NCBI GenBank assembly: GCA_002215675.1
Contig: NGFH01000011.1
Coordinates: forward strand, 9,007-73,006
Direction of reading: 5' to 3'
DNA from: Bacteroidetes bacterium 2013_40CM_41_45
GTDB taxonomy: Bacteria > Bacteroidota > Bacteroidia > AKYH767-A > 2013-40CM-41-45
Length of the DNA stretch: 64,000 bases
A program made the translations under genes and the position numbers. Position 1 is the first letter of the stretch. Every line of letters begins with the position of its first letter. The notes beneath the pieces are model-generated. The model saw only the letters and a list, made by a program, of their open reading frames with translations. It searched no databases and was not told the origin of the DNA. This document shows, piece by piece, positions 1 through 10,794 of this stretch.

Positions 1-1
1 A

Positions 2-832
2 CAGCTTGCTGACATACGCAAACAACATGTGCCGATTGAAATAAAGCTTTATGACGGAAAGAAAAACCAGATATATTACAAAGATTCGCTTCTGCTTACA
101 AAGCTGCGCTATTACCCTTTTTTCCAACTGGGTGTGATAGCGCTTTTTATTATAGTCTCCTATTTGGCTTTCAGCAATTCACGCAGGGCAGAACAAAACC
201 AGGTTTGGGTAGGTATGGCGAAAGAAACTGCCCATCAGCTTGGCACTCCGCTTTCATCGTTGCTCGCATGGCTTGATTTGTTGAAGATGAAAGGTGTGAG
301 TATGGAATACCTGAGTGAAATTGAAAAAGATATCGGGCGGTTGAATACCATCACCGAGCGTTTTTCAAAAATCGGTTCGCCACCTGCGCTAAGGAAAGAA
401 AACCTTGCAGAAGTCATCCGCAGATCGGTAAACTACATCCGTACCCGTTCTTCGGGGAAAGTTTCTTTTGAAATAAATGCAGAGGATGAATCACAGACCG
501 TTGCGAGTGTGAATTCTCCTTTGCTTGAATGGGTTTTTGAAAACGTGCTGAAGAATGCCATTGATGCCATGAACGGGGAAGGAAAAATTACAGTAAGTGT
601 TACAGACCAGTTGCAGTTTGTGTACATCGATATTTCTGATACGGGCAAAGGAATTCCGCGCTCTGCGTTTAGCACGGTATTCAAACCCGGGTACACGACA
701 AAGAGCCGCGGCTGGGGATTGGGACTGTCGTTAAGCAAACGTATTATCGAGGATTACCATAACGGCCAGATTTTTGTGAAGTCATCAGAGCCGAATGTGA
801 AAACAACATTTCGCATTGTGCTGAGAAAATAA
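2..832 (+). CDS. Two-component sensor histidine kinase, 5' end outside window
   Basis: TM helix, H-box ETAHQLGTPLS, N-box NVLKNAIDAM, G1 DTGKGI, G2 GWGLGLS; frame open from base 2. Confidence 0.93.
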   Translation, partial: QLADIRKQHVPIEIKLYDGKKNQIYYKDSLLLTKLRYYPFFQLGVIALFIIVSYLAFSNSRRAEQNQVWVGMAKETAHQLGTPLSSLLAWLDLLKMKGVSMEYLSEIEKDIGRLNTITERFSKIGSPPALRKENLAEVIRRSVNYIRTRSSGKVSFEINAEDESQTVASVNSPLLEWVFENVLKNAIDAMNGEGKITVSVTDQLQFVYIDISDTGKGIPRSAFSTVFKPGYTTKSRGWGLGLSLSKRIIEDYHNGQIFVKSSEPNVKTTFRIVLRK

Positions 833-833
833 A

Positions 834-1961
834 GTGGCTGGTATTTATATTCACATTCCCTTTTGCCGGAAAGCATGCACCTATTGCAATTTTTTCTTTT
901 CGGTTTCATTGAATCAAAAAAGTAACCTTATTGATGGGCTCATTAAGGAAATTGAATTACAAAAAAATTATTTAGCAGGAGAATATATTACTTCAATTTA
1001 TTTTGGAGGAGGCACACCATCTCTCATGGACGCATCGGTTATCCGGCAAATCCTGGACGGTATTGAAAGTAATTTTACGGTGGTGAAAGATGCCGAGATA
1101 ACTCTTGAAGCAAATCCTGATGACCTTACCGGAAGCCGGCTGCACGATTTTGCGGAAGCATTTATTAATAGATTGAGTATTGGTGTACAATCATTTTCGG
1201 ATGCAGATTTAAAATTCATGAACCGCACGCACACGGCTGCTGACGCAGTTCGCGCGGTGAAAGCAGCGCAGGATAGCGGGTTCAGCAACATTTCTATTGA
1301 CTTGATTTACGGAACTCCCGGGATGAGCATGGAACAATGGAAAAAAAATCTCGACATTGCTTTCACGCTCGATGTTCCGCACCTTTCGTGTTACTGCCTT
1401 ACGGTAGAAGAAAAGACAAAACTTTTTCAGCTTATCCGCGATAAAAAAATTCCTGACGTGGATGAGCAGTCATCGTCAGAGCAATTCAGTTTACTGATGG
1501 ATAAAGCCGCAGCAAACGGTTATGAGCATTACGAAATTTCAAATTTTTGCAGGGATGAAATATATTCCCGCCACAATACATCGTACTGGAAAGGAGAAAA
1601 ATATCTCGGCATAGGGCCATCGGCACATTCTTATAATGTAGATTCAAGACAATGGAATGTTTCCAGTATTTCCGGCTACATTGACTCTATTGAAAAGGGA
1701 ATTATTCCTTCAGAGAAAGAAGTACTAACGGCTTCACAAAAATTCAATGAATATGTTATGACACGATTGCGTACGCAATGGGGCATCGATTCTGAAGTAA
1801 TCCTTAAGCAATTTGGAGAAAAATATGCCTCTCACGTTCTTGAGAAAACAAAAAAATATCTTGAAGACAAATTGATAGAAAAAAAAGAGAATGTTTTCAG
1901 GTTAACGCGGGAAGGAAAATTTTTTGCCGACCGGATTGCATCAGAAATTTTTTCTGATTAA
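834..1961 (+). CDS. hemW: Radical SAM heme chaperone HemW (HemN-like)
   Basis: YIHIPFC..CxYCxF motif, YFGGGTPS, EITLEANPDD, YEISNF, HNxxYW. Confidence 0.92.
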   Translation: MAGIYIHIPFCRKACTYCNFFFSVSLNQKSNLIDGLIKEIELQKNYLAGEYITSIYFGGGTPSLMDASVIRQILDGIESNFTVVKDAEITLEANPDDLTGSRLHDFAEAFINRLSIGVQSFSDADLKFMNRTHTAADAVRAVKAAQDSGFSNISIDLIYGTPGMSMEQWKKNLDIAFTLDVPHLSCYCLTVEEKTKLFQLIRDKKIPDVDEQSSSEQFSLLMDKAAANGYEHYEISNFCRDEIYSRHNTSYWKGEKYLGIGPSAHSYNVDSRQWNVSSISGYIDSIEKGIIPSEKEVLTASQKFNEYVMTRLRTQWGIDSEVILKQFGEKYASHVLEKTKKYLEDKLIEKKENVFRLTREGKFFADRIASEIFSD

Positions 1962-2635
1962 TCCTTTCCCCCAACAACAATTATAAATTCTCCTTTCAAC
2001 GTTTTGCTTTTGAAATATTCAAGCACTTCTGTTAGAGAGCCGCGAACGGTTTCTTCGTAAACCTTTGTCAGCTCACGGGAAACAGATGTTTTTCTTTCTG
2101 CACCAAAAGCTTCGCAAAATTGTTCCAGCGTTTTGATAAGACGGTGAGGCGATTCATAAAAAATCATGGTGCGGGTTTCTTCTTTGAGCTCGTTCAAGCG
2201 GGTTGCCCTTCCTTTTTTGTGAGGTAAAAATCCTTCAAAGCAAAACCTGGTGCATGGCAACCCTGAGATTATAAGAGCCGGAACAAAAGCTGTTGCCCCC
2301 GGAAGGCATTCTATATGAACATCTTTTTCAATACATGAACGCACCAATAAAAATCCTGCGTCAGAAATTCCGGGTGTGCCTGCATCACTCACCAGTGCTA
2401 TAGTTTGCCCGGATAAAAGCATCTCGATGATCTTAGGAGTCGTCCCATGCTCGTTATGCTGATGGTAGGCAATTGTTTTTTTGTCAATGGAAAAATGCTT
2501 GAGAAGGTTGGAAGTTGTCCTGGTGTCTTCAGCAAGAATTACATCTGCCTGCTTTAATACTTCAATGGCGCGAAGAGTAATGTCTCCAAGATTCCCGATA
2601 GGAGTAGGGACGAGAATTAATTTTCCTGGAGACAT
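1958..2635 (-). CDS. rsmI: 16S rRNA (cytidine1402-2'-O)-methyltransferase
   Basis: VPTPIGNLGDITLRA, AEDTR, VSDAGTPGISD, FYESPHR, RELTK. Confidence 0.95.
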   Translation of the reverse strand: MSPGKLILVPTPIGNLGDITLRAIEVLKQADVILAEDTRTTSNLLKHFSIDKKTIAYHQHNEHGTTPKIIEMLLSGQTIALVSDAGTPGISDAGFLLVRSCIEKDVHIECLPGATAFVPALIISGLPCTRFCFEGFLPHKKGRATRLNELKEETRTMIFYESPHRLIKTLEQFCEAFGAERKTSVSRELTKVYEETVRGSLTEVLEYFKSKTLKGEFIIVVGGKD

Positions 2636-2680
2636 GGTTAGCGCGTGTTCCTCTCTTTTGGAGAGAGGTTAGGGGTGGGG

Positions 2681-3976
2681 CTATAATTCCGAAACAAAAT
2701 CCCGTATCAGGCGAAAAAGGTTATCATATTTCGTGAGGGGCAATGTTTCAGCACGGTCATAAATGTCATGATAAGCGCTAATGCCACCAAGTGTGTATAT
2801 GAAAAAGCATTTTACTCCCTTCTCGGTAAACCAATAGTGGTCACTGTTCCGCGCCTTGCCGCGCTGCCCGATATTGCTGAAATATTTTTTGTCCTTATTT
2901 ATTTTTTCAAGCATTTTGAATTGTGTAGGATGCTCCGTAGCATTTACTACCATGATTCCTTCATCGCCCGTCCCAACCAAGTCAAGATTGATCAAAAATT
3001 TAATCCGGTTCAGAGGAATCATCGGGTTATTAACAAAATATTCCGAGCCGAGTAACCCCGCTTCCTCACCTGCAAATGCAACAAAAGCAATTTTACACTT
3101 GGGGCGGTTTTGTTCTGACGAATAATATTTTACAAAATCAAGCATCATGGAAATGCCGCTCGCATTGTCATTGGCACCGGGGAAATAAACGCTGTCGCCC
3201 ATCATTCCAAGGTGGTCATAGTGCCCTGTGATGACAATAAATGAATCTTCTGGAGTAGTGCCGTTAAAGTATCCTGCAAGGTTCTGTGTGCTGAATTCAG
3301 GGATCAGCTTGCTGGTAACATCATAAGAGATATTCTTGATCCCCTTATTCAGAAATTCTTTCTTCACTGTAAATATTGCGTACGGCATTGCGGACTTTGA
3401 AACACTCCAGGTAAGTTTCTTATGCTCAACAATAACGAGGCACGATGGTGTTTTTCCAAGTTGCTTCCAGAATACACCACTCACCATAAATTTTACCATT
3501 TGTTTCTCTTCATCCTTGCAGCCGGCAGTGTCGAGTATGAAAACACTTTCCTTTACAAATGCCTCATCGCTGAATTGCTTTACTTGAGAAGCATCACTGA
3601 AAAAATCTTTATCGACAAATACAACTTTTTTATTCTTTCCGCTTCCGCTGCCCGACATTTCTTCAACTAAATAATCTTTCCCGGGCACCAAAGTTTTTCC
3701 GTCAATGGAGAAAGAAATTTTCTGTGGGAAAGTGTTCACCGGAAAATCAAATTGCTGCATGTATTGTCTGCCTAACGGTTTCAGTTGTGATTTCTGGAAC
3801 TGCGCGGCAATGTATTGTGCAGCATATTGCTGCGATTTTGCTACGTAACCTCTTCCCATCATAGCCGGAGAAGTGAGCTCCTTGATTTGGGAGCGCGCAT
3901 ACTGTATATCCTGTGCGTTTGTTGCGCAACACAAAAGGCAAAAGAAAACCAGAGAAAGTATTTTTCTTATTGTCAT
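2681..3976 (-). CDS. M28 family aminopeptidase, exported
   Basis: Signal peptide; GHYDHLG, GANDNASG, AGEEAGLLGS, NLDLVG, SDHY, YH motifs. Confidence 0.9.
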   Translation of the reverse strand: MTIRKILSLVFFCLLCCATNAQDIQYARSQIKELTSPAMMGRGYVAKSQQYAAQYIAAQFQKSQLKPLGRQYMQQFDFPVNTFPQKISFSIDGKTLVPGKDYLVEEMSGSGSGKNKKVVFVDKDFFSDASQVKQFSDEAFVKESVFILDTAGCKDEEKQMVKFMVSGVFWKQLGKTPSCLVIVEHKKLTWSVSKSAMPYAIFTVKKEFLNKGIKNISYDVTSKLIPEFSTQNLAGYFNGTTPEDSFIVITGHYDHLGMMGDSVYFPGANDNASGISMMLDFVKYYSSEQNRPKCKIAFVAFAGEEAGLLGSEYFVNNPMIPLNRIKFLINLDLVGTGDEGIMVVNATEHPTQFKMLEKINKDKKYFSNIGQRGKARNSDHYWFTEKGVKCFFIYTLGGISAYHDIYDRAETLPLTKYDNLFRLIRDFVSEL

Positions 3977-3994
3977 AAATAGATGTTTAAATTT

Positions 3995-4606
3995 TCAGAC
4001 GAACCTGCGCTCTACCAGGCTTGTGAAATGGAAATAAGCATTCCCTTCTTTGTCCCACGAGTATTTAGAAGCATATTCTGCATCCAGGATGCTGGTTGCT
4101 TCAGCCAGTGAAGTGGCAGTATCAATTTTATCTATGCAGCGCTGGTATGCTTCAGTCTCGTTATTAAAAAGCTCGCGGATGAACAGGAATTTCTCATTGA
4201 CTCCTATTGCCTGCTTCATGCTTGCAATTTTGCGGTGCTGCATAACGCCTGCTATGCTCATTTCATCCTGGTGAAAAGCAATCTTTTCATGCAATGGAAT
4301 TTCGTCTTCATGTGCCTGTTTCAGGGGATGCGAAATTCTTTCTCCCGTAGGTAAGTCAATAGAAGAAACTTCTGCTTTAATTTTTTCCTGCGTTGAATCA
4401 GCAGGACTTTCAGTTCCCACGGTCAGAATCGATTCATACAGCTCACGGATGCGTTGCAGCAATAGGTCTCTTTCTACCGCCGGGAGTGTTATCCTGTTTT
4501 CGTGCAGTATTTTCCGCAGGGAACCAATAGCTTCGAGGAGCTTTTCAATAGGGACATTCATGTTTGAATTCATTGTTAAAATCTTTAATTCAGAGCAAGC
4601 GTTCAA
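3995..4606 (-). CDS. Conserved hypothetical protein (start probably near 4573 or 4561)
   Basis: ORF with C-terminal IGVNEKFLFIRELF..LVERRF, a pattern I recall from Bacteroidota hypotheticals. Confidence 0.7.
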   Translation of the reverse strand: MNACSELKILTMNSNMNVPIEKLLEAIGSLRKILHENRITLPAVERDLLLQRIRELYESILTVGTESPADSTQEKIKAEVSSIDLPTGERISHPLKQAHEDEIPLHEKIAFHQDEMSIAGVMQHRKIASMKQAIGVNEKFLFIRELFNNETEAYQRCIDKIDTATSLAEATSILDAEYASKYSWDKEGNAYFHFTSLVERRFV

Positions 4607-4610
4607 TATT

Positions 4611-4618
4611 TACATTTG
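4611..4618 (+). promoter_or_regulatory. Bacteroidota sigma-A -7 element upstream of tdk
   Basis: TACATTTG matches TAnnTTTG about 100 bp before the tdk start. Confidence 0.5.
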
Positions 4619-4720
4619 CCTGCAAAGGCAAAAATAGTTATAAGTTATATGCTATACGTTATACGGAACGGAATCCGCATAATCTACCCGTATTGCATAT
4701 AAGGTGTAACATAACGTAAA

Positions 4721-5299
4721 ATGGAACAGGAAAATTATAGGGAAAATTCACGCAAAGGATGGATTGAAGTTATCTCCGGTTCCATGTTTTCGGGTAAGAC
4801 GGAAGAGCTGATCCGCAGGTTAAGACGCGCCCGCATTGCAAAGCAAAAGGTGGAGATTTATAAGCCTTCTTTGGATAAGCGTTATCATGAAAAGAATATC
4901 GTATCGCATGATTCGCGTGAGCTGCAGGGTGTTCCAGTGGAGTCATCACAGCAGATTCTTTTACATGCGGGAGGAACAGAAGTCATCGGTATTGACGAAG
5001 CGCAATTCTTTGATGACGGATTAGCCGATGTTTGCGAAGCCCTTGCAAATAAAGGCATGCGGGTTATCGTTGCAGGGCTGGATATGGATTATCTCGGCAA
5101 ACCCTTCGGACCGGTGCCGCAGTTGCTTGCCGTTGCAGAGTACGTTACTAAAGTTCATGCGATCTGCATCCGCTGCGGAAACTTAGCGCATTATTCCTTC
5201 CGCACGGCTGATAGTCCTTCACGGATTTTGCTTGGTGAACAGGAAAGTTACTTACCGCTGTGCCGTTCATGTTTTAATGAGGAGATGGAAAAAAAGTAA
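4721..5299 (+). CDS. tdk: Thymidine kinase
   Basis: GSMFSGKTEEL, IGIDEAQFF, VAGLDMD, zinc cysteines CIRC/CRSC. Confidence 0.96.
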   Translation: MEQENYRENSRKGWIEVISGSMFSGKTEELIRRLRRARIAKQKVEIYKPSLDKRYHEKNIVSHDSRELQGVPVESSQQILLHAGGTEVIGIDEAQFFDDGLADVCEALANKGMRVIVAGLDMDYLGKPFGPVPQLLAVAEYVTKVHAICIRCGNLAHYSFRTADSPSRILLGEQESYLPLCRSCFNEEMEKK

Positions 5300-5335
5300 T
5301 TACCAAAAAGCAAATAGCCAATTACCAACGGCTCA

Positions 5336-7837
5336 ATGAAGTACACCATACAAGATATCGCTAAAGTTGTAAGGGGCAAACTGCACCTGCAGGACGAAGT
5401 CGCTATTGAAATCGAGCATCTTCTTACTGACAGCCGTAAAATAATTTCTCCCGGTACTTCTTTATTCTTTGCAATCATAGGTGTGCGGCATGACGGGCAC
5501 CGTTTTATTGACGAGCTTGTCCGCAGCGGAGTAAAGAATTTCGTTGTCTCTCACTATTCAGGAAAAAAATATGCTTCGTCCGGCTGCAACTTTATTGTGG
5601 TTGATGATGCGCTTGTCGCTATGCAGCGGCTTGCTGCGCATCACCGCATGCAGTTTGACATTCCCGTTATCGGTATTACGGGTAGCAACGGCAAAACCAT
5701 TATCAAAGAGTGGCTATATCTTTTGCTCCGCAACGAATACAATATTGTCCGAAGCCCAAAGAGTTATAACTCGCAGGTTGGTGTTCCGCTTTCGGTGTGG
5801 CAGATGAATGAAAACCATACGCTCGGCATTTTTGAAGCAGGTATTTCAAAAGCGGGCGAAATGGAAAAGCTTGCGACTATTATCCAACCTTTACTGGGAA
5901 TTTTTTCAAACATCGGGCAAGCGCATGACGAGAACTTTAAAGACCACTCCCGGAAAATCCTCGAGAAGCTTCGCCTGTTCTCTTCGGCAGAAAAAATTAT
6001 TTACTGTAAAGATTATTTAGAAATCGTCAATGAAATTCCGCATGCTGATTTTCTTAAAGCAGGAGTAAAGTTTTTTTCATGGTCGAAAAAATCGAAGGCA
6101 GATTTGCAGGTTACCAAAACAACACGGCAGGGAAGTGAGACCATCATACAAGCAATATATGATAACCGCTTTTGTGAGATAGCCATTCCCTTCACCGATG
6201 AAGCATCGGTAGAAAACAGTGTGCATTGCTGGGCTGTCATGCTGCACTTTGGCTATGAACAGGGTCTGATTGCCGAGCGCATGCAACTGCTGACACCTGT
6301 CGCTATGCGCCTTGAACTCAAAGAAGGTATCAACAACTGCTCGGTGATCAACGATAGCTACAATTCCGACTTAGGCTCATTGAGCATTGCACTCGACTTC
6401 CTCAACCAGCAGCAGCAGCATCCCAAAAGGACCATAATCCTTTCAGACATATTACAGAGCGGAAAAAATGAAGAGCAGTTGTATAAGGAAGTATCATCAC
6501 TGCTTAAAAGCAAAAACGTGCATCGCCTTATTGGTATCGGGGAAAGTATTTCTCGCCAGGAAAATAATTTTTCAGTCGACAAAAAGTTTTACGCCAACAC
6601 GGATGATTTTATTTCCGACTTCGCTTCACTGCGTTTCACCGATGAAACAGTGCTGCTCAAAGGCGCGCGCCCGTTCGGTTTTGAACGCATCAGCAAACTC
6701 CTCCAGCAAAAGAGCCACGAAACGGTTTTCGAAATAAACCTCAACGCCATCACCCATAACTTTAACTATTTCCGTTCGCGGCTGAAGCCGTCAACAAAAA
6801 TTATGTGCATGGTAAAGGCGTTTTCCTACGGCAGCGGCAGCTACGAGATTGCCAGCATGTTGCAGTACAATAAAGCTGACTACCTTGCCGTAGCGTATAC
6901 CGATGAAGGCGTAGAGCTGCGTAAAGCCGGAATCTCCATGCCCATCATGGTTATGAACCCGGAGCTGCAGGGCTTCGAGACCATGCTTACTTACCGCCTC
7001 GAGCCGGAGATTTACAACTTCCGTTTGCTCAACCGCCTTAGCGAAGTGCTTATTAAAATGCTGCCTGCTAAAGCTTCGTTTCCTGTTCACGTCAAGGTAG
7101 ACACCGGCATGCATCGTTTGGGCTTCAACAAGGAAGAGCTCAACGAGCTTATTGTGCGGCTCAAGAACGTAAAGCGCATCAAAGTGCAGTCCGTCTTCTC
7201 GCACCTGGTGGCAAGCGAAGATGCCGCGCAAGATGATTTTACCCAGCATCAAATTCACGAGTTCGATTTTATGTGCAAAGAAATCACGCGACAGCTTGGC
7301 TATCCGGTTACTCGGCATCTGCTCAACTCGGCAGGAAGCGTGCGTTTTGCTGAGGCGCAGTACGATATGGTGCGGCTCGGCATCGGGCTGCACGGCATTG
7401 CCGCCACGCCAGCCGAGCAAAAGCACCTGCTCAATACGGGCACGCTTAAGACCACCATTTCGCAAATCAAAAATGTGCCAGCCGGTGACAGCATCGGCTA
7501 CAACCGCATGTCCGTGGTAAAGCGTGACTCGCAGATTGCCACCGTGGCTATCGGTTATGCCGATGGGCTGGACAGGCGGCTCGGCTACGGCAAGGGAAAA
7601 ATGATGGTGATGCCTGCCGATGGTGCCGAAGGCGCGTTTGCTCCCACCATCGGAAGCATCTGCATGGACATGACCATGCTCGATGTCACCGATGTGCCCG
7701 CCCGCGAAGGCGATGAAGTCATTGTGCTGGGCGATGCCTACTCAGTCATCGACATGTCGCGCGACTTAAACACCATCCCCTACGAAATCCTCTGCAGCAT
7801 CTCGCAACGAGTGAAGCGAGTGTATTTTCATGAGTGA
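5336..7837 (+). CDS. alr: Bifunctional MurF-like ligase / alanine racemase
   Basis: N-half GITGSNGKT, INDSYN, VLLKGAR; C-half MVKAFSYGSG (PLP lysine), VDTGMHRLG, IGYADG, ICMDM. Confidence 0.93.
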   Translation: MKYTIQDIAKVVRGKLHLQDEVAIEIEHLLTDSRKIISPGTSLFFAIIGVRHDGHRFIDELVRSGVKNFVVSHYSGKKYASSGCNFIVVDDALVAMQRLAAHHRMQFDIPVIGITGSNGKTIIKEWLYLLLRNEYNIVRSPKSYNSQVGVPLSVWQMNENHTLGIFEAGISKAGEMEKLATIIQPLLGIFSNIGQAHDENFKDHSRKILEKLRLFSSAEKIIYCKDYLEIVNEIPHADFLKAGVKFFSWSKKSKADLQVTKTTRQGSETIIQAIYDNRFCEIAIPFTDEASVENSVHCWAVMLHFGYEQGLIAERMQLLTPVAMRLELKEGINNCSVINDSYNSDLGSLSIALDFLNQQQQHPKRTIILSDILQSGKNEEQLYKEVSSLLKSKNVHRLIGIGESISRQENNFSVDKKFYANTDDFISDFASLRFTDETVLLKGARPFGFERISKLLQQKSHETVFEINLNAITHNFNYFRSRLKPSTKIMCMVKAFSYGSGSYEIASMLQYNKADYLAVAYTDEGVELRKAGISMPIMVMNPELQGFETMLTYRLEPEIYNFRLLNRLSEVLIKMLPAKASFPVHVKVDTGMHRLGFNKEELNELIVRLKNVKRIKVQSVFSHLVASEDAAQDDFTQHQIHEFDFMCKEITRQLGYPVTRHLLNSAGSVRFAEAQYDMVRLGIGLHGIAATPAEQKHLLNTGTLKTTISQIKNVPAGDSIGYNRMSVVKRDSQIATVAIGYADGLDRRLGYGKGKMMVMPADGAEGAFAPTIGSICMDMTMLDVTDVPAREGDEVIVLGDAYSVIDMSRDLNTIPYEILCSISQRVKRVYFHE

Positions 7838-8051
7838 AAAATATTAAGGAAGCAACCTTCTGTAACTCTCACTTCCTCTCGTCCCGCTTTCCGTTCGCAG
7901 GAGCTCACTTCAATCGGGCTTAGTTATCATCTTCTGGAATTCTTACGAACTTTTTGTGTTGCATGTCTCCAACGACTTTAAGGACTCTAGCGACACAATT
8001 ATTAGTGTCTCACAAAACCTACGCGCAGCATTGTCAAGAAAAAAACCATAT

Positions 8052-8250
8052 CACCCCTACGGGGTTTCATATTCAAAGGACAAGGCGTTACTATAAATAT
8101 GTCGCCCCTTCGGGGCTTAATAACTCAAATGCAACAATAAAATTTTCAAGCTCGAAGGGCTGAAATGTTAGTAGCCCCGCCCTTTAGGGCGGGGTAAACA
8201 ATCCCACAAAACCATCCCCTCTCCTAGTAGGAGAGGGGTTAGGGAGTGAG
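8052..8250. repeat. Cluster of short GC-rich palindromes (REP-like or IS200/IS605-end-like)
   Basis: CACCCCTACGGGGT, GCCCCTTCGGGGC, AGCCCCGCCCTTTAGGGCGGGGT, CCCCTCTCCTAGTAGGAGAGGGG; related hairpins near 2648-2680 and 32853-32886. Confidence 0.6.
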
Positions 8251-8325
8251 GTATTTGAAAGGGGCTGTAAAAATAAAGTGCAACATATTTGCACTTTATG
8301 TGTTCTGTTTTGTTATTATTGCAAA

Positions 8326-8982
8326 ATGGTATTATCAAGAAAAGAAAAACAATCGTATCTCCCGGAAAATTTATTCTTTCTGCGCAAACAGAAAGGCAAA
8401 ACACTTGAAGAGATGGCAGAACTGCTTTCGCTCAAAGGAAAATCTTCCTATAAAGCATACGAAGACGGACGTGCATTGCCGGACATACATAAGCTGTTAA
8501 AGCTTGCGTCATTTTTTGATGTTGCTGTAGCCGACCTGGTTTACCAGGATATTGAAAATTTTAAAGACAAAAAAATTGAAGACCAAACACTGTTTGAAGT
8601 TCTGAAAGTACCGGTTAAAGCTGCAGCAGGTTATGCACGAAGCTTTGGCGATAGTTCTTATATCAAAAGATTAGAGACGATAAAAATTCCTTATAAACCA
8701 TATGGTATCGCAAGAGCGTTTGGTATATCGGGAGATTCCATGGAGCCTGAAATTCCTAATGGCGTAACAGTAATAGGAGTTAAAATTAACAGTAGAGAAA
8801 TTCGCGACAACCAATCATACGTTGTCGTAACTACCGAAGGAGTTCAGTGTAAAAAAATCAGAGTCGACAAGAAGAATAGTATTATCTACTTAATCTCAAG
8901 AAATGAAAACTATCCACCAACTCATATGAGTACAAATGATGTAAGTGAAATCTGGGAAGTATGGAAAATCTTATACACCTAA
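8326..8982 (+). CDS. XRE-family HTH / S24 peptidase (CI/LexA-like) repressor
   Basis: NLFFLRKQKGKTLEEMAELL..YEDGRALP HTH; VKAAAG cleavage-type motif; FGISGDSMEP serine; CKKI lysine. Confidence 0.88.
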   Translation: MVLSRKEKQSYLPENLFFLRKQKGKTLEEMAELLSLKGKSSYKAYEDGRALPDIHKLLKLASFFDVAVADLVYQDIENFKDKKIEDQTLFEVLKVPVKAAAGYARSFGDSSYIKRLETIKIPYKPYGIARAFGISGDSMEPEIPNGVTVIGVKINSREIRDNQSYVVVTTEGVQCKKIRVDKKNSIIYLISRNENYPPTHMSTNDVSEIWEVWKILYT

Positions 8983-9070
8983 ACTCTGACAGGAAATGTG
9001 TTGGAATAATCCCGAAGGGATTCTCCGGCTGCTGCAATCACTCACTCCGCAGGAGTGAAATGTTGTTAAT

Positions 9071-10045
9071 TTATTCATCTATTCTACGAAATAAACCTTC
9101 ATTCAATGCACCATTTCTACTTTGCCGGAATTCCATGTACTTCAGAAATATAGTGGAATAATCATTATAATTCTTGAATGTATTTTGTGCTAAGGTTTCT
9201 TCAGGTAACTCTAGAGCTAAAAAATGATATTCATTAATCTCATCTGTTGTCTTATTGATTTTCCAACAAGACGTTCCAAAAATAATATAGCGATAAGCCT
9301 CAGAAGAACTTAGGTATATATTTTTATATCCTAAATGAACCATGCAGATACAGAAATTATCAAGGAGCGATTTTAAATTCTTAATTTTTGTCTCTTGCCA
9401 GAAAAGCTTGAACAGTTCATATTCGGTTCTAAATATTAACCATTTCAAAGGGATAGAATATTTCCCCTCTATAAAACACGCCAAGAAAAAAATTTCTTGA
9501 AAGTTGGAATTAATAATTGCTTGAAAGATACTGTGCTGTCTAAGTAAGCCGTATAAATCTATTACTCTGCCTTTAGACTTGAAAAAATTCTCCACATCCT
9601 TTCCAATGAGATTGACAAATTGTAATCCTTTTACCTTTTTTACATAAGCTTTACTTTTATCTTTAATGATGTCTTCAAAAAAGGAAAAATAATCTTTCAG
9701 TCCAACTGTTTGCCAGACAATGTGATCCTTATGAACTAATGAATCATCACCTTCAATTGGAGTAACATTTAAGTTTTGTAAATACTTAGGTCCTTTCTTT
9801 TTCTTGTTAGGTTTTTTGCTTTGTGCAATATGGCGGTCTATGTAAGAATCTAAAAACTTATCATTTTTACTAATTGCGCTTGCTTGATTTGTAAATAGAG
9901 TTGTTATTTCTACTCCAACTTTTTTATTATTACTCTTATCAATTAGTATAAAATCAGGAGTTTCATCCTCTATAAGAGCGGCTGCAATTGACTCTTTCGT
10001 ATAAACGCTAAAAAGTATTTCTTTTTCGTCATTTTTTTTGCTCAT
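9071..10045 (-). CDS. Hypothetical protein with a PD-(D/E)XK-like N-terminal motif
   Basis: 324-aa AT-rich ORF; ETPDFIL...VGVEITTL. Confidence 0.6.
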   Translation of the reverse strand: MSKKNDEKEILFSVYTKESIAAALIEDETPDFILIDKSNNKKVGVEITTLFTNQASAISKNDKFLDSYIDRHIAQSKKPNKKKKGPKYLQNLNVTPIEGDDSLVHKDHIVWQTVGLKDYFSFFEDIIKDKSKAYVKKVKGLQFVNLIGKDVENFFKSKGRVIDLYGLLRQHSIFQAIINSNFQEIFFLACFIEGKYSIPLKWLIFRTEYELFKLFWQETKIKNLKSLLDNFCICMVHLGYKNIYLSSSEAYRYIIFGTSCWKINKTTDEINEYHFLALELPEETLAQNTFKNYNDYSTIFLKYMEFRQSRNGALNEGLFRRIDE

Positions 10046-10072
10046 ACCAATGCAAGTAGTACTATTCCAAGA

Positions 10073-10690
10073 CTAAAGGCTGGGGGTATTTCGTAAAAAA
10101 GATATATCAGAGAGAAACGCATGAAATTTACTGATCAATTGGAAAATCTGGAGATTCAGTTGCATTAGTTCACCATGATTAATGGATTCAATAATTTCTA
10201 ACTGAAATTTTGCGTCAGAATCTTTATGTGCAATAACATTATGTCTAATGTACTTTATCGTCTTTTCATTAGTTTTTCTGAACTCACGTAAATCATAAAG
10301 TATCTTTTGGAATGTTTCATCTTCTTGTTTGGTTTTAATCATTGATGAAATTGCCTCATGAAATTCTTTATTCATTAAGCTTGTAATTCCATTCATGAAT
10401 TCATAAAGTGTCAGTGCAAATACACGCGAGTTAAAATTAAGTTCCCAAGATAGATCCGCATGAAAATAGCGTTTCAAAATCACACCAAAATCCATTTGAG
10501 AAATCAGTGTAAACTGTGCAACGTTTAATAGTGCAATTTTTTTTGCATCGCTATTCAATTCATATTCTTTACGTTTCCCTTTTATTGAGTTCAGAGTTAA
10601 CAGTGCTTGCTCCATGCTACGGTCGGAAGATTGTTCTATTTGCTTTACAAGATCCTCTGGCATAACGTCTGTAAGCTTATTCGATATCAT
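10073..10690 (-). CDS. Hypothetical helical protein, possible HEPN RNase
   Basis: All-alpha composition; IRHNVIAH fits Rx4-6H near the C-terminus. Confidence 0.55.
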   Translation of the reverse strand: MISNKLTDVMPEDLVKQIEQSSDRSMEQALLTLNSIKGKRKEYELNSDAKKIALLNVAQFTLISQMDFGVILKRYFHADLSWELNFNSRVFALTLYEFMNGITSLMNKEFHEAISSMIKTKQEDETFQKILYDLREFRKTNEKTIKYIRHNVIAHKDSDAKFQLEIIESINHGELMQLNLQIFQLISKFHAFLSDISFLRNTPSL

Positions 10691-10739
10691 TTTGTTAGAG
10701 TAAAACTTTATTTACCAAAAATACCGTTTCTCCCAAAAC

Positions 10740-10765
10740 AAAAAAGCCTCGAATGCGAGGCTTTA
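10740..10765. terminator. Intrinsic terminator after hicB
   Basis: AAAGCCTCG-AATG-CGAGGCTTT hairpin with an A-run (U-tract on the minus strand). Confidence 0.65.
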
Positions 10766-10794
10766 AACATTTCACTTTTCGGAGTGAGTTGGTC

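Noticed and set aside
6791-7465. 224-aa antisense ORF inside alr, and higher GC in the 3' half of alr
   Set aside because: Shadow ORF caused by codon bias in a clearly functional gene; no motifs.
5336-7837. MurF-Alr fusion as a novelty
   Set aside because: A well-known, widespread fusion in Bacteroidota.
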